From Candidatus Komeilibacteria bacterium CG_4_10_14_0_8_um_filter_37_78 (lineage in GTDB: Bacteria; Patescibacteriota; Patescibacteriia; UBA1558), in NCBI GenBank assembly GCA_002785295.1, contig PFMC01000071.1:1-41155 (forward strand): a stretch of DNA of 41,155 nucleotides, read 5' to 3'. The position numbers and the translations under genes were made by a program. This document shows, one piece after another, positions 16,118 through 23,567 of this stretch. Below the pieces are notes generated by a model, which searched no databases, was not told where the DNA came from, and worked only from the letters and a program-made list of their open reading frames with translations. Positions within the stretch are counted from its first letter, which is position 1, and each line of letters begins with the position of its first letter.

Positions 16118-16501
16118 TTATGTGGCAGCGTCAATAATAGCGCTTAAGACAAATTCGCTAATACCAAAAGCAGCAATTAAAATAATTAGACCAATAACAG
16201 AATGAATGATTCTGTTTTTTGCTTTGGTAATTTTATCTGGACTTCCATTGGAAGTTAACCACTCGATGCCAGACCAGATAATTAGGACAATAAATACTAG
16301 GCCAATAAAACTAAGAACTGTACGAATGATCTTGGCGGTTAATAATAACGGATCATCGTGATTTAACAAACCTGTTTTGTCTTCAATTTTACTAAGCTCA
16401 TCAATACCAGGTACACCAGAGACAGCGGCAAAAACTGGCATAGCAATACATAGTAAAAGGATAAAAGGGAGTAAATTTTTTAAGTTAAAAAGTTTTGTCA
16501 T
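16118..16501 (-). CDS. VirB2/TrbC-like pilin-family protein, paralog 2
   Basis: Same architecture, with core WSGIEWLTSNGSPDKITKAKNRI. The start overlaps the upstream stop (ATGA at 16498-16501). Confidence 0.8.
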   Translation of the reverse strand: MTKLFNLKNLLPFILLLCIAMPVFAAVSGVPGIDELSKIEDKTGLLNHDDPLLLTAKIIRTVLSFIGLVFIVLIIWSGIEWLTSNGSPDKITKAKNRIIHSVIGLIILIAAFGISEFVLSAIIDAAT

Positions 16502-16911
16502 TCAGTTTCAGTGTTATAACCACTAGCATCACCGATTTGATTCATAATAAAGGTGGTGATAGTCAGAGCGAATAGTACGATCACCAAGCCAATCGTGGCG
16601 TTAATAATTCTTTGTCTGGCCTTAACCACAATATCAGAGTTGCCACCAGCATTCATCCATTGAAAGCCAGAAACGATGATTAAAACAACAAACCAAACAC
16701 CAAGCAAAACCAGGACGCTACGAATAATATTAGCTACTAAAATTGTCGGGTCAGTCTCTGTTGGGACCTGATTATTGTCACCATAATAAGCTGTGCCACC
16801 AGTATTTTGTAAATTACCTTGCAAGCTGTCTCTAAGAGAATCAGCTAACAAAGATTGTGTTGTTAGTACTAGGCTCAGTATAATCAGGGCAAAGATAAAT
16901 ATTTTTTTCAT
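16498..16911 (-). CDS. VirB2/TrbC-like pilin-family protein, paralog 3
   Basis: Core VSGFQWMNAGGNSDIVVKARQRI. Has a signal peptide, a variable polar segment and two TM helices. Confidence 0.8.
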   Translation of the reverse strand: MKKIFIFALIILSLVLTTQSLLADSLRDSLQGNLQNTGGTAYYGDNNQVPTETDPTILVANIIRSVLVLLGVWFVVLIIVSGFQWMNAGGNSDIVVKARQRIINATIGLVIVLFALTITTFIMNQIGDASGYNTETE

Positions 16912-16920
16912 AACTTTAGA

Positions 16921-17331
16921 TTATTCAGTAGGGGTGTTAATAATGATATTCTCTATTAAAGCTTGGGTGATAAACCAAGTAATGCCATAAGCAATTAAGA
17001 CAATGGCTAGTCCAATCACGGCATTGGTGATTCTATTTTTAGCCTTGCCCACGGTATCAGTATTACCACCAGCACTCATCCATTGGAAGCCAGACCAAAT
17101 AATCAAGACCATAAAGAAGACACCAAGAAAACCAAGAATAAGTTGAATAACATTACCGATAATGACTGGCAGTCTGGTGGCGTCCCCTTCTGTTGGTGCA
17201 TAACCAGAATCACTAGCAAAAGTAGAAGCAGTTGAGCTTGGATCTGTAACGCCGGTGTTAATCAAAGCAGCGCTTGCCGGTAAAGCAATGATTAAAACGA
17301 ATAGAGATATTAGTAAAATTCTAATTTTCAT
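16921..17331 (-). CDS. VirB2/TrbC-like pilin-family protein, paralog 4
   Basis: Core WSGFQWMSAGGNTDTVGKAKNRI, with a Ser/Thr-rich exposed segment TDPSSTASTFASDSGYAPTEGDA. I prefer the ATG at 17331 (MKIRILL...), which removes the overlap with paralog 5. Confidence 0.8.
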   Translation of the reverse strand: MKIRILLISLFVLIIALPASAALINTGVTDPSSTASTFASDSGYAPTEGDATRLPVIIGNVIQLILGFLGVFFMVLIIWSGFQWMSAGGNTDTVGKAKNRITNAVIGLAIVLIAYGITWFITQALIENIIINTPTE

Positions 17332-17332
17332 A

Positions 17333-17725
17333 TTAAAGTGTTCCAAGATTACTAATAACAAAGGTAGTAATAATCCAAGCTAATAAAATAATGGCTAAAC
17401 CAACAGTAGCATTAATGATTCTAGTGCGAGCTTTTTCTACGGCAGTCTTGTTGCCACCAGCACTCATCCATTGGAAACCAGAAACAATAATAAAGATCAT
17501 AAAAATAACGCCTAATAAACCAAGGAGAATTCTTACTACAGAAGCGACTATTTGTGTTGGCGTCTTAGCGACAGCCGTTTCGAACCCACCTCGCGTAGCA
17601 GTTGCATTTAAACCTTGTTGAGCAGCATCTATGCCAGTAGCAAAAACAGGGAGGCCGATAAAGCTGAGTACAAGTAGAGTAAGGATGATAAGAATTATTT
17701 TTTTGTTGTATGTGGAGGTTATCAT
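17333..17725 (-). CDS. VirB2/TrbC-like pilin-family protein, paralog 5 (first gene of the 5-gene sub-operon)
   Basis: Core VSGFQWMSAGGNKTAVEKARTRI, with a signal peptide ending VFATG and two TM helices. Confidence 0.8.
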   Translation of the reverse strand: MITSTYNKKIILIILTLLVLSFIGLPVFATGIDAAQQGLNATATRGGFETAVAKTPTQIVASVVRILLGLLGVIFMIFIIVSGFQWMSAGGNKTAVEKARTRIINATVGLAIILLAWIITTFVISNLGTL

Positions 17726-17734
17726 TATAGCTAT

Positions 17735-17763
17735 ATTATAGTATATTTATCGCAAAGTGACAA
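17735..17763 (-). promoter_or_regulatory. Sigma70-like promoter TTGTCA-17-TATAAT for the paralog 5-1 sub-operon
   Basis: The minus strand reads TTGTCActttgcgataaatatacTATAATatagctataATG. The -10 ends 9 nt before the ATG and there is no SD, so the transcript would be leaderless or nearly so. Confidence 0.45.
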
Positions 17764-17896
17764 AGGGGTAGATCGGAGAGATCTATTTTTGAATAATTAA
17801 GACTATCAACGCTTTTTAAAAAATGTGCAGGTTTTTAAGCAAGTCCAAACAGTCGAAAGTCTCCATTTAGCAGCTAAAAGATAAAAGATAGGGGAA

Positions 17897-17928
17897 GGAA
17901 CCGGGACTCTATATAGAGTCCCGGTTCC
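17897..17928. repeat. 32-nt perfect palindrome ggaaccgggactctat|atagagtcccggttcc
   Basis: Read directly. It is GC-rich relative to its surroundings. It lies between the paralog-6 terminator and the paralog-5 promoter, in an otherwise ORF-free 305-bp gap. Confidence 0.85.
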
Positions 17929-17973
17929 TAACGGTCAATTGGTAGACAACATTTATTACAACATTTTTAGAGA

Positions 17974-18008
17974 AATAAAAAAACCAGCCATTAAAGAATG
18001 GCTGGTTT
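17974..18008 (-). terminator. Terminator of paralog 6
   Basis: Perfect 12-bp stem aaaccagccatt/aatggctggttt with a 4-nt loop, followed on the minus strand by tttttta. Confidence 0.8.
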
Positions 18009-18030
18009 TGAAGAAAGTAATTTTTATTCC

Positions 18031-18444
18031 TTAGAAATTATAACCAGCTGCATCCGGATCAGCAAGCAGATCTACTGTTGTTGATTCTACGAATATGGCT
18101 ATACCATAAGCCAATAATGCTATTACCAAACCAATAGCGCCGTTGATAATCCACATTCTACCTTTCTTTACCTTTTCATCATTACCACCAGCGGTCATCC
18201 AGGTAACACCACCAATTAGCATTACTACAATAGCAATAAGGCCAATAAAGCCCATTGCCCACATAACAATACCAACAACTTTAGCTTGTAAACTTCCCTC
18301 ATAAGTGTTTGTGTTAATTCCCAGCGTTGTTGCTGAGGAGTCTAAGCCAAATGGATCAGGATTTGCTGCCAATACTGCCATTGGTGACAGTAGTACCACT
18401 AAAGCAATAAAGGCAATAATATTCGTTACTCTTTTTGAAAACAT
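18031..18444 (-). CDS. VirB2/TrbC-like pilin-family protein, paralog 6 (monocistronic)
   Basis: Core IGGVTWMTAGGNDEKVKKGRMWI. Closely related to paralog 7. Has its own promoter and terminator. Confidence 0.8.
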   Translation of the reverse strand: MFSKRVTNIIAFIALVVLLSPMAVLAANPDPFGLDSSATTLGINTNTYEGSLQAKVVGIVMWAMGFIGLIAIVVMLIGGVTWMTAGGNDEKVKKGRMWIINGAIGLVIALLAYGIAIFVESTTVDLLADPDAAGYNF

Positions 18445-18501
18445 AGTTTTTTCTTTACTTTGTTATTTATTAGTATATATAAAGTTTTTATAGCTAACTA
18501 G

Positions 18502-18530
18502 ATTATACTATATTTTTGACAAATCTACAA
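18502..18530 (-). promoter_or_regulatory. Sigma70-like promoter TTGTAG-17-TATAAT for paralog 6, overlapped by the 14-bp palindrome CAACAAGCTTGTTG
   Basis: The minus strand reads TTGTAGatttgtcaaaaatatagTATAAT. The perfect palindrome caacaagcttgttg (18528-18541) overlaps the -35. Confidence 0.45.
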
Positions 18531-18550
18531 CAAGCTTGTTGATAACTCAA

Positions 18551-18584
18551 TAAAAAACCCCGCATTGAATAGTGCAGGGTTTTG
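18551..18584 (-). terminator. Terminator of paralog 7
   Basis: On the minus-strand RNA, accctgca/tgcggggt pairs perfectly with one U-G and is followed by tttttta. On the plus strand the same stem has a C-A mismatch, which supports minus-strand use. Confidence 0.7.
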
Positions 18585-18602
18585 TAAACAATCGAGTGTT
18601 AT

Positions 18603-18995
18603 CTAAATATTGAGACTGTCACCCACTAAGGCATTAGTTGTGGCGCGTTCTACTAAAGTGATAATGGCATAGGCCAGAATAGCAATAGTTAAGCCAATCA
18701 TACCATTAATTAAATATTTTCTACCTTTCTTTACCTTTTCATCATTACCACCAGCTGTCATCCAAGTGACTGAACCAATCAAGAAGACAACAATAGCAAC
18801 AATGCCAACAAAGCTCATAATCCACTTAAGGATATTAACAGCTGTGTTTTTGATAGTAACGTCATCAGCGGCAGCAGTTAAGCCAATAGTTCCGCCACTA
18901 GAGATGCCAAGTGGATCATCAGCTGCTATTACCAAAAAAGGTGATAATAGGACAACTAGGGCAATGAAGGCAATAATGTTTGTTTTTGTGAACAT
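18603..18995 (-). CDS. VirB2/TrbC-like pilin-family protein, paralog 7
   Basis: Core IGSVTWMTAGGNDEKVKKGRKYL. Its signal peptide NIIAFIALVVLLSP is shared with paralog 6. Confidence 0.8.
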   Translation of the reverse strand: MFTKTNIIAFIALVVLLSPFLVIAADDPLGISSGGTIGLTAAADDVTIKNTAVNILKWIMSFVGIVAIVVFLIGSVTWMTAGGNDEKVKKGRKYLINGMIGLTIAILAYAIITLVERATTNALVGDSLNI

Positions 18996-19024
18996 AGATT
19001 TACTCTTTCTTTTAATGATTATTT

Positions 19025-19351
19025 TTATGTTGTTATTTTAACTTGCTCAAAGAAATAGTTGACTAGACTATATGAGGCAAAGATTATTAAGATACCGAGG
19101 GTGGCCCAAATCAGGGTGTCGCGCCCTTTCTTTACTTTATCTAGATTGCCAGCAGCAGTCATCCATTGGAAACCACCCAAAATAAAATAGAGCAAAGCAA
19201 TGATACCAACCAAGCCAAGAACGGCTTTGATGATCATACCAGCTAATTGTTGGGGATCTTTTGTGCCAATCGGATTGTCAATTTCAACAGCTAGAACAGG
19301 AATAGCAATGATTAGGAGAAAAAGGATGATAAGTAATATTTTTTTGCCCAT
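19025..19351 (-). CDS. VirB2/TrbC-like pilin-family protein, paralog 8 (shortest, 108 aa)
   Basis: Core LGGFQWMTAAGNLDKVKKGRDTL. The exposed segment after the signal peptide is very short. Confidence 0.8.
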   Translation of the reverse strand: MGKKILLIILFLLIIAIPVLAVEIDNPIGTKDPQQLAGMIIKAVLGLVGIIALLYFILGGFQWMTAAGNLDKVKKGRDTLIWATLGILIIFASYSLVNYFFEQVKITT

Positions 19352-19378
19352 AATTTTATTGTTAAGAATATTTATTTA

Positions 19379-19951
19379 CTATTTGGGTATACAACAAAGA
19401 TTGTCAACCGGAGGAAAACATTTAAAATATACAATTGTGTCAGTATCGCATTCTGAATCGTCCATGCAAGCATAGGCAGTATTAGCTGTTGCTGGATCAG
19501 TATAACACTTTTCAATACAGAAACCATTCTGACAAGTGCCAAAGGCGCTACCACAAAGAGTATCATTTGGTTTGCCCTGACATTCACTAGGATATGTTTG
19601 GCTAACATCCTCTAAAGAATTTGAATCCAGAGAAGAGAGTAAAAAACTAACGAGAGTATAAGCAGTAAAGATGATAATGATGCCAATAACACTATTTACA
19701 ATGATGCTCTTACCTTGTTGTACCTTTTCTGCTTTACCACCAGAGGTCAGCCACAGGACACCACCATAGATGAACATCAGCAGTACTAGACTACCTAAAA
19801 TACCCAAACCCCAATCAATAAAAACTACAAAAGTTTGTAAACCTTGATCTAGCGAGCAAGAGCCTTGTTGGATGCAATCAATTTGATCCAGAATCCCAGC
19901 CTGGGCGATAAAGGGTGTTAATAGTAGTAATAAAAGGATAGTATATTTCAT
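19379..19951 (-). CDS. VirB2/TrbC-like pilin-family protein, paralog 9, fused to a C-terminal cysteine-rich module
   Basis: Core YGGVLWLTSGGKAEKVQQGKSII plus two TM helices. A tail of about 75 aa follows with 10 Cys (ECQGKPNDTLCGSAFGTCQNGFCIEKCY...ACMDDSECD...FKCFPPVDNLCCIPK). The start overlaps the stop of the upstream SBP gene (19948-19951). Confidence 0.8.
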   Translation of the reverse strand: MKYTILLLLLLTPFIAQAGILDQIDCIQQGSCSLDQGLQTFVVFIDWGLGILGSLVLLMFIYGGVLWLTSGGKAEKVQQGKSIIVNSVIGIIIIFTAYTLVSFLLSSLDSNSLEDVSQTYPSECQGKPNDTLCGSAFGTCQNGFCIEKCYTDPATANTAYACMDDSECDTDTIVYFKCFPPVDNLCCIPK

Positions 19952-21339
19952 TCTGGGTTGATGGTTGTATTTATTCTTTTAATTATGTCATTGAGTAGAT
20001 TGGTAATTGTATATTTGCTGTTCAGGTTGTGTTTAGCTTGATAAATAAGATCGTTCATCATTTCTTCGACTTCATTTGGTTGATAACCGCGATACCAGTT
20101 GCGAGCATTGAGTAGCTGATCCGCAAAAATATCAAGACCCTCTATTTGCATTTGATCATTGATCAAGGAACGGAGTGCAGTCGGTTGATTGGTTTTGGTT
20201 AAATAAAGATTCAGAACCTCTGTATTGGTGGTGGCAAATTGGATAAAGTCCCAAGCCGGAGCAATATTTTCGCTAGCTGTACCAAAGTAAGTACTAAGTG
20301 TCCAATAATCAGCATAGTTTACTTCTTGGACATCTGGTACGGTCTGTAGCATGGGTGCAATATTAAAGGCGAGCTTAGGGGCACCGGCCCGAATAATAGG
20401 TGTTTGATAATTATAACCAATAAAATAGGCAAGTTTACCAGACATGAAAAGGCTCAAGGCATCACCCATTTCTTCAGACCAAGAATAGACGGTTTTATTG
20501 GGATCAGAAAAGTTTAAATAAAATTCTAGAGCATTGATTCCAGGAAAGAAGGAAGAGTCATTGGCAGCTAGATTGAAGGTGGCAAAGCCTTTGCCATCAA
20601 TCATCTGGGCGCCATTTTGCATCATTAACAAAGCAAGAATATCAGTAGCGCGAGGAATATTATTGTCAGTGCCTAAGGCAATGGCCGATTGTTTAATATT
20701 GCCATTAGTATCAAAGAGGGTTAGCCGTGGCGCTTGATCAACAAGCTCAGCCCAGGTGCTAGCCGGTAAAGGAATTTTTGCTTTAGTTAAAATATCCCGA
20801 TTATAGTAAAGTGCCAAAGTATCAACACTAAGAGGTAGACCATAAATTTGATTATTGATGATCACTTGTTCTGCCACAACATCAACAAAAGCGTCTCTCA
20901 CTTTTTTTGGGGTGATATTAGTGATTTCTCGGACGACGATAGTAGGTTCTTTCTTGACCACGCCAGTTAGTTCCAGAAATGGCAATTTCATTGACGCTGG
21001 TAAAGGTTTGATCAAATTTTGGTATTTTTTTAGATAGTTTGCTGGTAGTGAAAAAATATCTGGACCTCTTTGTTCTAGCCAAGCACGAGTCAGCTCTTCT
21101 TCATATTCTTCAAAACGAAACTTACGATAAGCAATGGTGACATTTGGGTGCATTGCTTGATAAGCACTAATCAAAGTCTCTACTTCAGCGGAATCTTCCC
21201 AAACACCCCACCATTTAAGACTGATTGGTTTGTATAGTTCTTTGACCTCATTGTTGGTAAATAGTTTACAACCAAAACCCATCAAAGGGATGGTGATAAG
21301 GATGATGGACAAAATAGTTAAGCGTAGTTTATTAAACAT
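19948..21339 (-). CDS. Extracellular solute-binding protein (ABC-type family 1, sugar-type) lipoprotein, orphan
   Basis: 463 aa. Signal peptide with a Cys (PLMGFGC), then a KWWGVWEDS start typical of family-1 SBPs. No permease or ATPase gene is adjacent. Confidence 0.7.
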   Translation of the reverse strand: MFNKLRLTILSIILITIPLMGFGCKLFTNNEVKELYKPISLKWWGVWEDSAEVETLISAYQAMHPNVTIAYRKFRFEEYEEELTRAWLEQRGPDIFSLPANYLKKYQNLIKPLPASMKLPFLELTGVVKKEPTIVVREITNITPKKVRDAFVDVVAEQVIINNQIYGLPLSVDTLALYYNRDILTKAKIPLPASTWAELVDQAPRLTLFDTNGNIKQSAIALGTDNNIPRATDILALLMMQNGAQMIDGKGFATFNLAANDSSFFPGINALEFYLNFSDPNKTVYSWSEEMGDALSLFMSGKLAYFIGYNYQTPIIRAGAPKLAFNIAPMLQTVPDVQEVNYADYWTLSTYFGTASENIAPAWDFIQFATTNTEVLNLYLTKTNQPTALRSLINDQMQIEGLDIFADQLLNARNWYRGYQPNEVEEMMNDLIYQAKHNLNSKYTITNLLNDIIKRINTTINPE

Positions 21340-22203
21340 TTATAAAGTGTCAATAAATTTTTTAAACTCTTCTCTGATCTCAGGATGCTTAGAAGCATAG
21401 TAGACGGCGGCTTTCATAAAATCTAGTTTATTGCCGCAGTCAAAATGTTGACCAGAGAATTTTGTGGCGTAGATCTCTTTGGTCTTAATGTATTCTAGTA
21501 AGGCATCGGTTAGTTGAATTTCACCATCTATATTGGCTGGAGTATTTTTGAGTATCTCCATAATTTCTGGGGTCAGAATATAGCGGCCGATGATTGCTAA
21601 ATTTGAGGGTGCTTTATTAACTGCTGGTTTTTCTACCAAAGTGTTGATCTGATAACATTTTTCATTGAGTGGTGTGCCATCAATGATGCCATACTTAAAA
21701 ACTAATTCGGGTGACACTTCTTTGACGGCAATGACTGGTTTGTTATATTGTTGATAAAGGTCAATCAATTCTTGGATAGCCGGTGTGGAACCATCAACAA
21801 TATCGTCTCCTAGGAAAACAGCAAAGGGTTCATTATCAATAATCGGAGCAGCACTAGCAATAGCATGACCAAGACCAAGCGGTGCTTCTTGGCGGATATA
21901 TATAAAGTCCGCTAATTGTGAGATCTTTTTTACTTCTTCCAGATCGGCCAGCTTATTTTTCTTGGCTAGGTTATATTCTAGTTCGAAATTGCGATCAAAG
22001 TGATCTTCGATTGCCCTTTTTGTCTGCGATGTGATGAAAATGATCTGTTCTATGCCAGCGGCCACGGCTTCTTCAACAATATATTGAATCACGGGCTTAT
22101 CAACCAAAGTGAGCATTTCTTTTGGTTGAGCTTTGGTTGCTGGTAGAAAGCGTGTGCCAAGTCCAGCAACAGGGATAACGGCTTTGCGAATTTTGTTGGT
22201 CAT
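21340..22203 (-). CDS. galU: UTP--glucose-1-phosphate uridylyltransferase
   Basis: KAVIPVAGLGTRFLPATKAQPKEML N-terminal motif, 287 aa. Its stop abuts the SBP start codon. Confidence 0.92.
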   Translation of the reverse strand: MTNKIRKAVIPVAGLGTRFLPATKAQPKEMLTLVDKPVIQYIVEEAVAAGIEQIIFITSQTKRAIEDHFDRNFELEYNLAKKNKLADLEEVKKISQLADFIYIRQEAPLGLGHAIASAAPIIDNEPFAVFLGDDIVDGSTPAIQELIDLYQQYNKPVIAVKEVSPELVFKYGIIDGTPLNEKCYQINTLVEKPAVNKAPSNLAIIGRYILTPEIMEILKNTPANIDGEIQLTDALLEYIKTKEIYATKFSGQHFDCGNKLDFMKAAVYYASKHPEIREEFKKFIDTL

Positions 22204-22303
22204 ATACTCATTAAGAGTTGGTATTAATATAATGCTTTGAAACGGTTACGAAGGAGTATAGGCTAATCAAATTATACAATTTTTAGCCAAAATTGTATAG
22301 TAA

Positions 22304-23527
22304 TCAACCCGGAGGGTTGGCACGAAGAGCTTCTTGCCATTTAATTATTGCCTGTTTAAAGCCTTCGAGGTTTTCTTCAGCAACAGCTTTGTCTGATGGT
22401 AGGTCAACCGTTGCAGGATTGATCTTGGTATTGTTTTTTACTATTTCAAAATGGAGGTGAGGACCAGTGGAAAATCCAGTTGAACCAACTTTACCAATAA
22501 TATCGCCCTGACTAACCTTTTCTCCGTATTTAACATTGATTTGTGAAAGATGAGCATAATTTGTGGTATAAACACTATTATGTCGGACGCTCACAAAGTT
22601 GCCATAACTACCATTCCAGCCGGCAGAAATTACTTGGCCATCCCCCACTGCTTGGATTGGGGTGCCACTAGCGGCAGCATAATCAATTGCTCGATGACCA
22701 GTACTAACATCAAAGGCAGAGACATAGCGTAAACCAGTAGTAAAACCAGAGCTGATATAGCGATAGTTTACTGGATTTTTGAGAAATATTTTTTGTAATG
22801 ATGTGCCCTCAGGATCATAATAGCCATCAATCAGATCACCGTCTTTATCTTCCCCCTCATTATAATAATATCCTTCAATATTATTGCCATCATTGACAAA
22901 GCGTGCAGCAATGATCTCGCCAGGCATAATGTACTGACCATCACGATAGCGCTCTTCAAAAATGAATTTGTAAGTATCACCCTGGCGAATACCCATGCCA
23001 AAATCAACAGACCAAGCAAAGACATCGGCCAGGTTGATGATCGCTCTGATATCTACATCTTGAGCAACAGCAGATTCATAGAGAGAGGATTCGATCACAC
23101 CTTCAACAGTTTTGATTTTGATATCGTATTGGATTTTTTTTCTTTCTGCCAACCAGGAGCCATCTTCTTGCTTGATCACAAAAAGTTCCTCTTCAGTGTC
23201 GATTGGATAAATCAGTTGTTCCAGTTTATTCGTGGTAATATCAAAAACATACTGTAGCTTCTTACCAGCACGGATGTTAGAGAGGTCATAAATTGTTTCG
23301 GCAGTTTCTAAGAGGGTCATCATTAGGGTGTGATCAATACCAGCTAATTCACTCGCCGTAGAAAAGGTCATGTCAGGCTCGATCAAGATAGTTTCTGTTC
23401 TCTCAGTCAATAGTGGAGGGGGTGAAAGCTCTTCTATGACTTGCGTTTGATTTTTTTGATGAAAAAAAACTAACGAGATGGTCGTTAATAATATTATCAA
23501 GATGATTAGATAAATATATTTCTTCAT
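22304..23527 (-). CDS. M23 family metallopeptidase (peptidoglycan endopeptidase)
   Basis: HRAIDYAA...GTPIQAVGDG...YGNFVSVRH...YAHLS...GSTGFSTGPHLHFE. Has an N-terminal TM anchor. Confidence 0.9.
   Translation of the reverse strand: MKKYIYLIILIILLTTISLVFFHQKNQTQVIEELSPPPLLTERTETILIEPDMTFSTASELAGIDHTLMMTLLETAETIYDLSNIRAGKKLQYVFDITTNKLEQLIYPIDTEEELFVIKQEDGSWLAERKKIQYDIKIKTVEGVIESSLYESAVAQDVDIRAIINLADVFAWSVDFGMGIRQGDTYKFIFEERYRDGQYIMPGEIIAARFVNDGNNIEGYYYNEGEDKDGDLIDGYYDPEGTSLQKIFLKNPVNYRYISSGFTTGLRYVSAFDVSTGHRAIDYAAASGTPIQAVGDGQVISAGWNGSYGNFVSVRHNSVYTTNYAHLSQINVKYGEKVSQGDIIGKVGSTGFSTGPHLHFEIVKNNTKINPATVDLPSDKAVAEENLEGFKQAIIKWQEALRANPPG
22305..22320 (-). repeat. GC-rich motif CAACCCGGAGGGTTGG (copy at the 3' end of the M23 gene)
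   Basis: Read directly. It overlaps the last codons and the stop of the M23 gene (protein ends ...ANPPG). Confidence 0.7.
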
Positions 23528-23567
23528 AGGTAGTAAAAATTATACCGTTTTTGAGAAGAAAAGTATA

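Noticed and set aside
15703-19951. Interpretation of the pilin-like array as part of an integrated conjugative element or a complete T4SS
   Set aside because: No relaxase, coupling protein, VirB4/VirB11 ATPase, VirB6/8/9/10, integrase or flanking repeats are present in the window, and the flanks are core housekeeping genes. Only the pilin-like family itself is supported.
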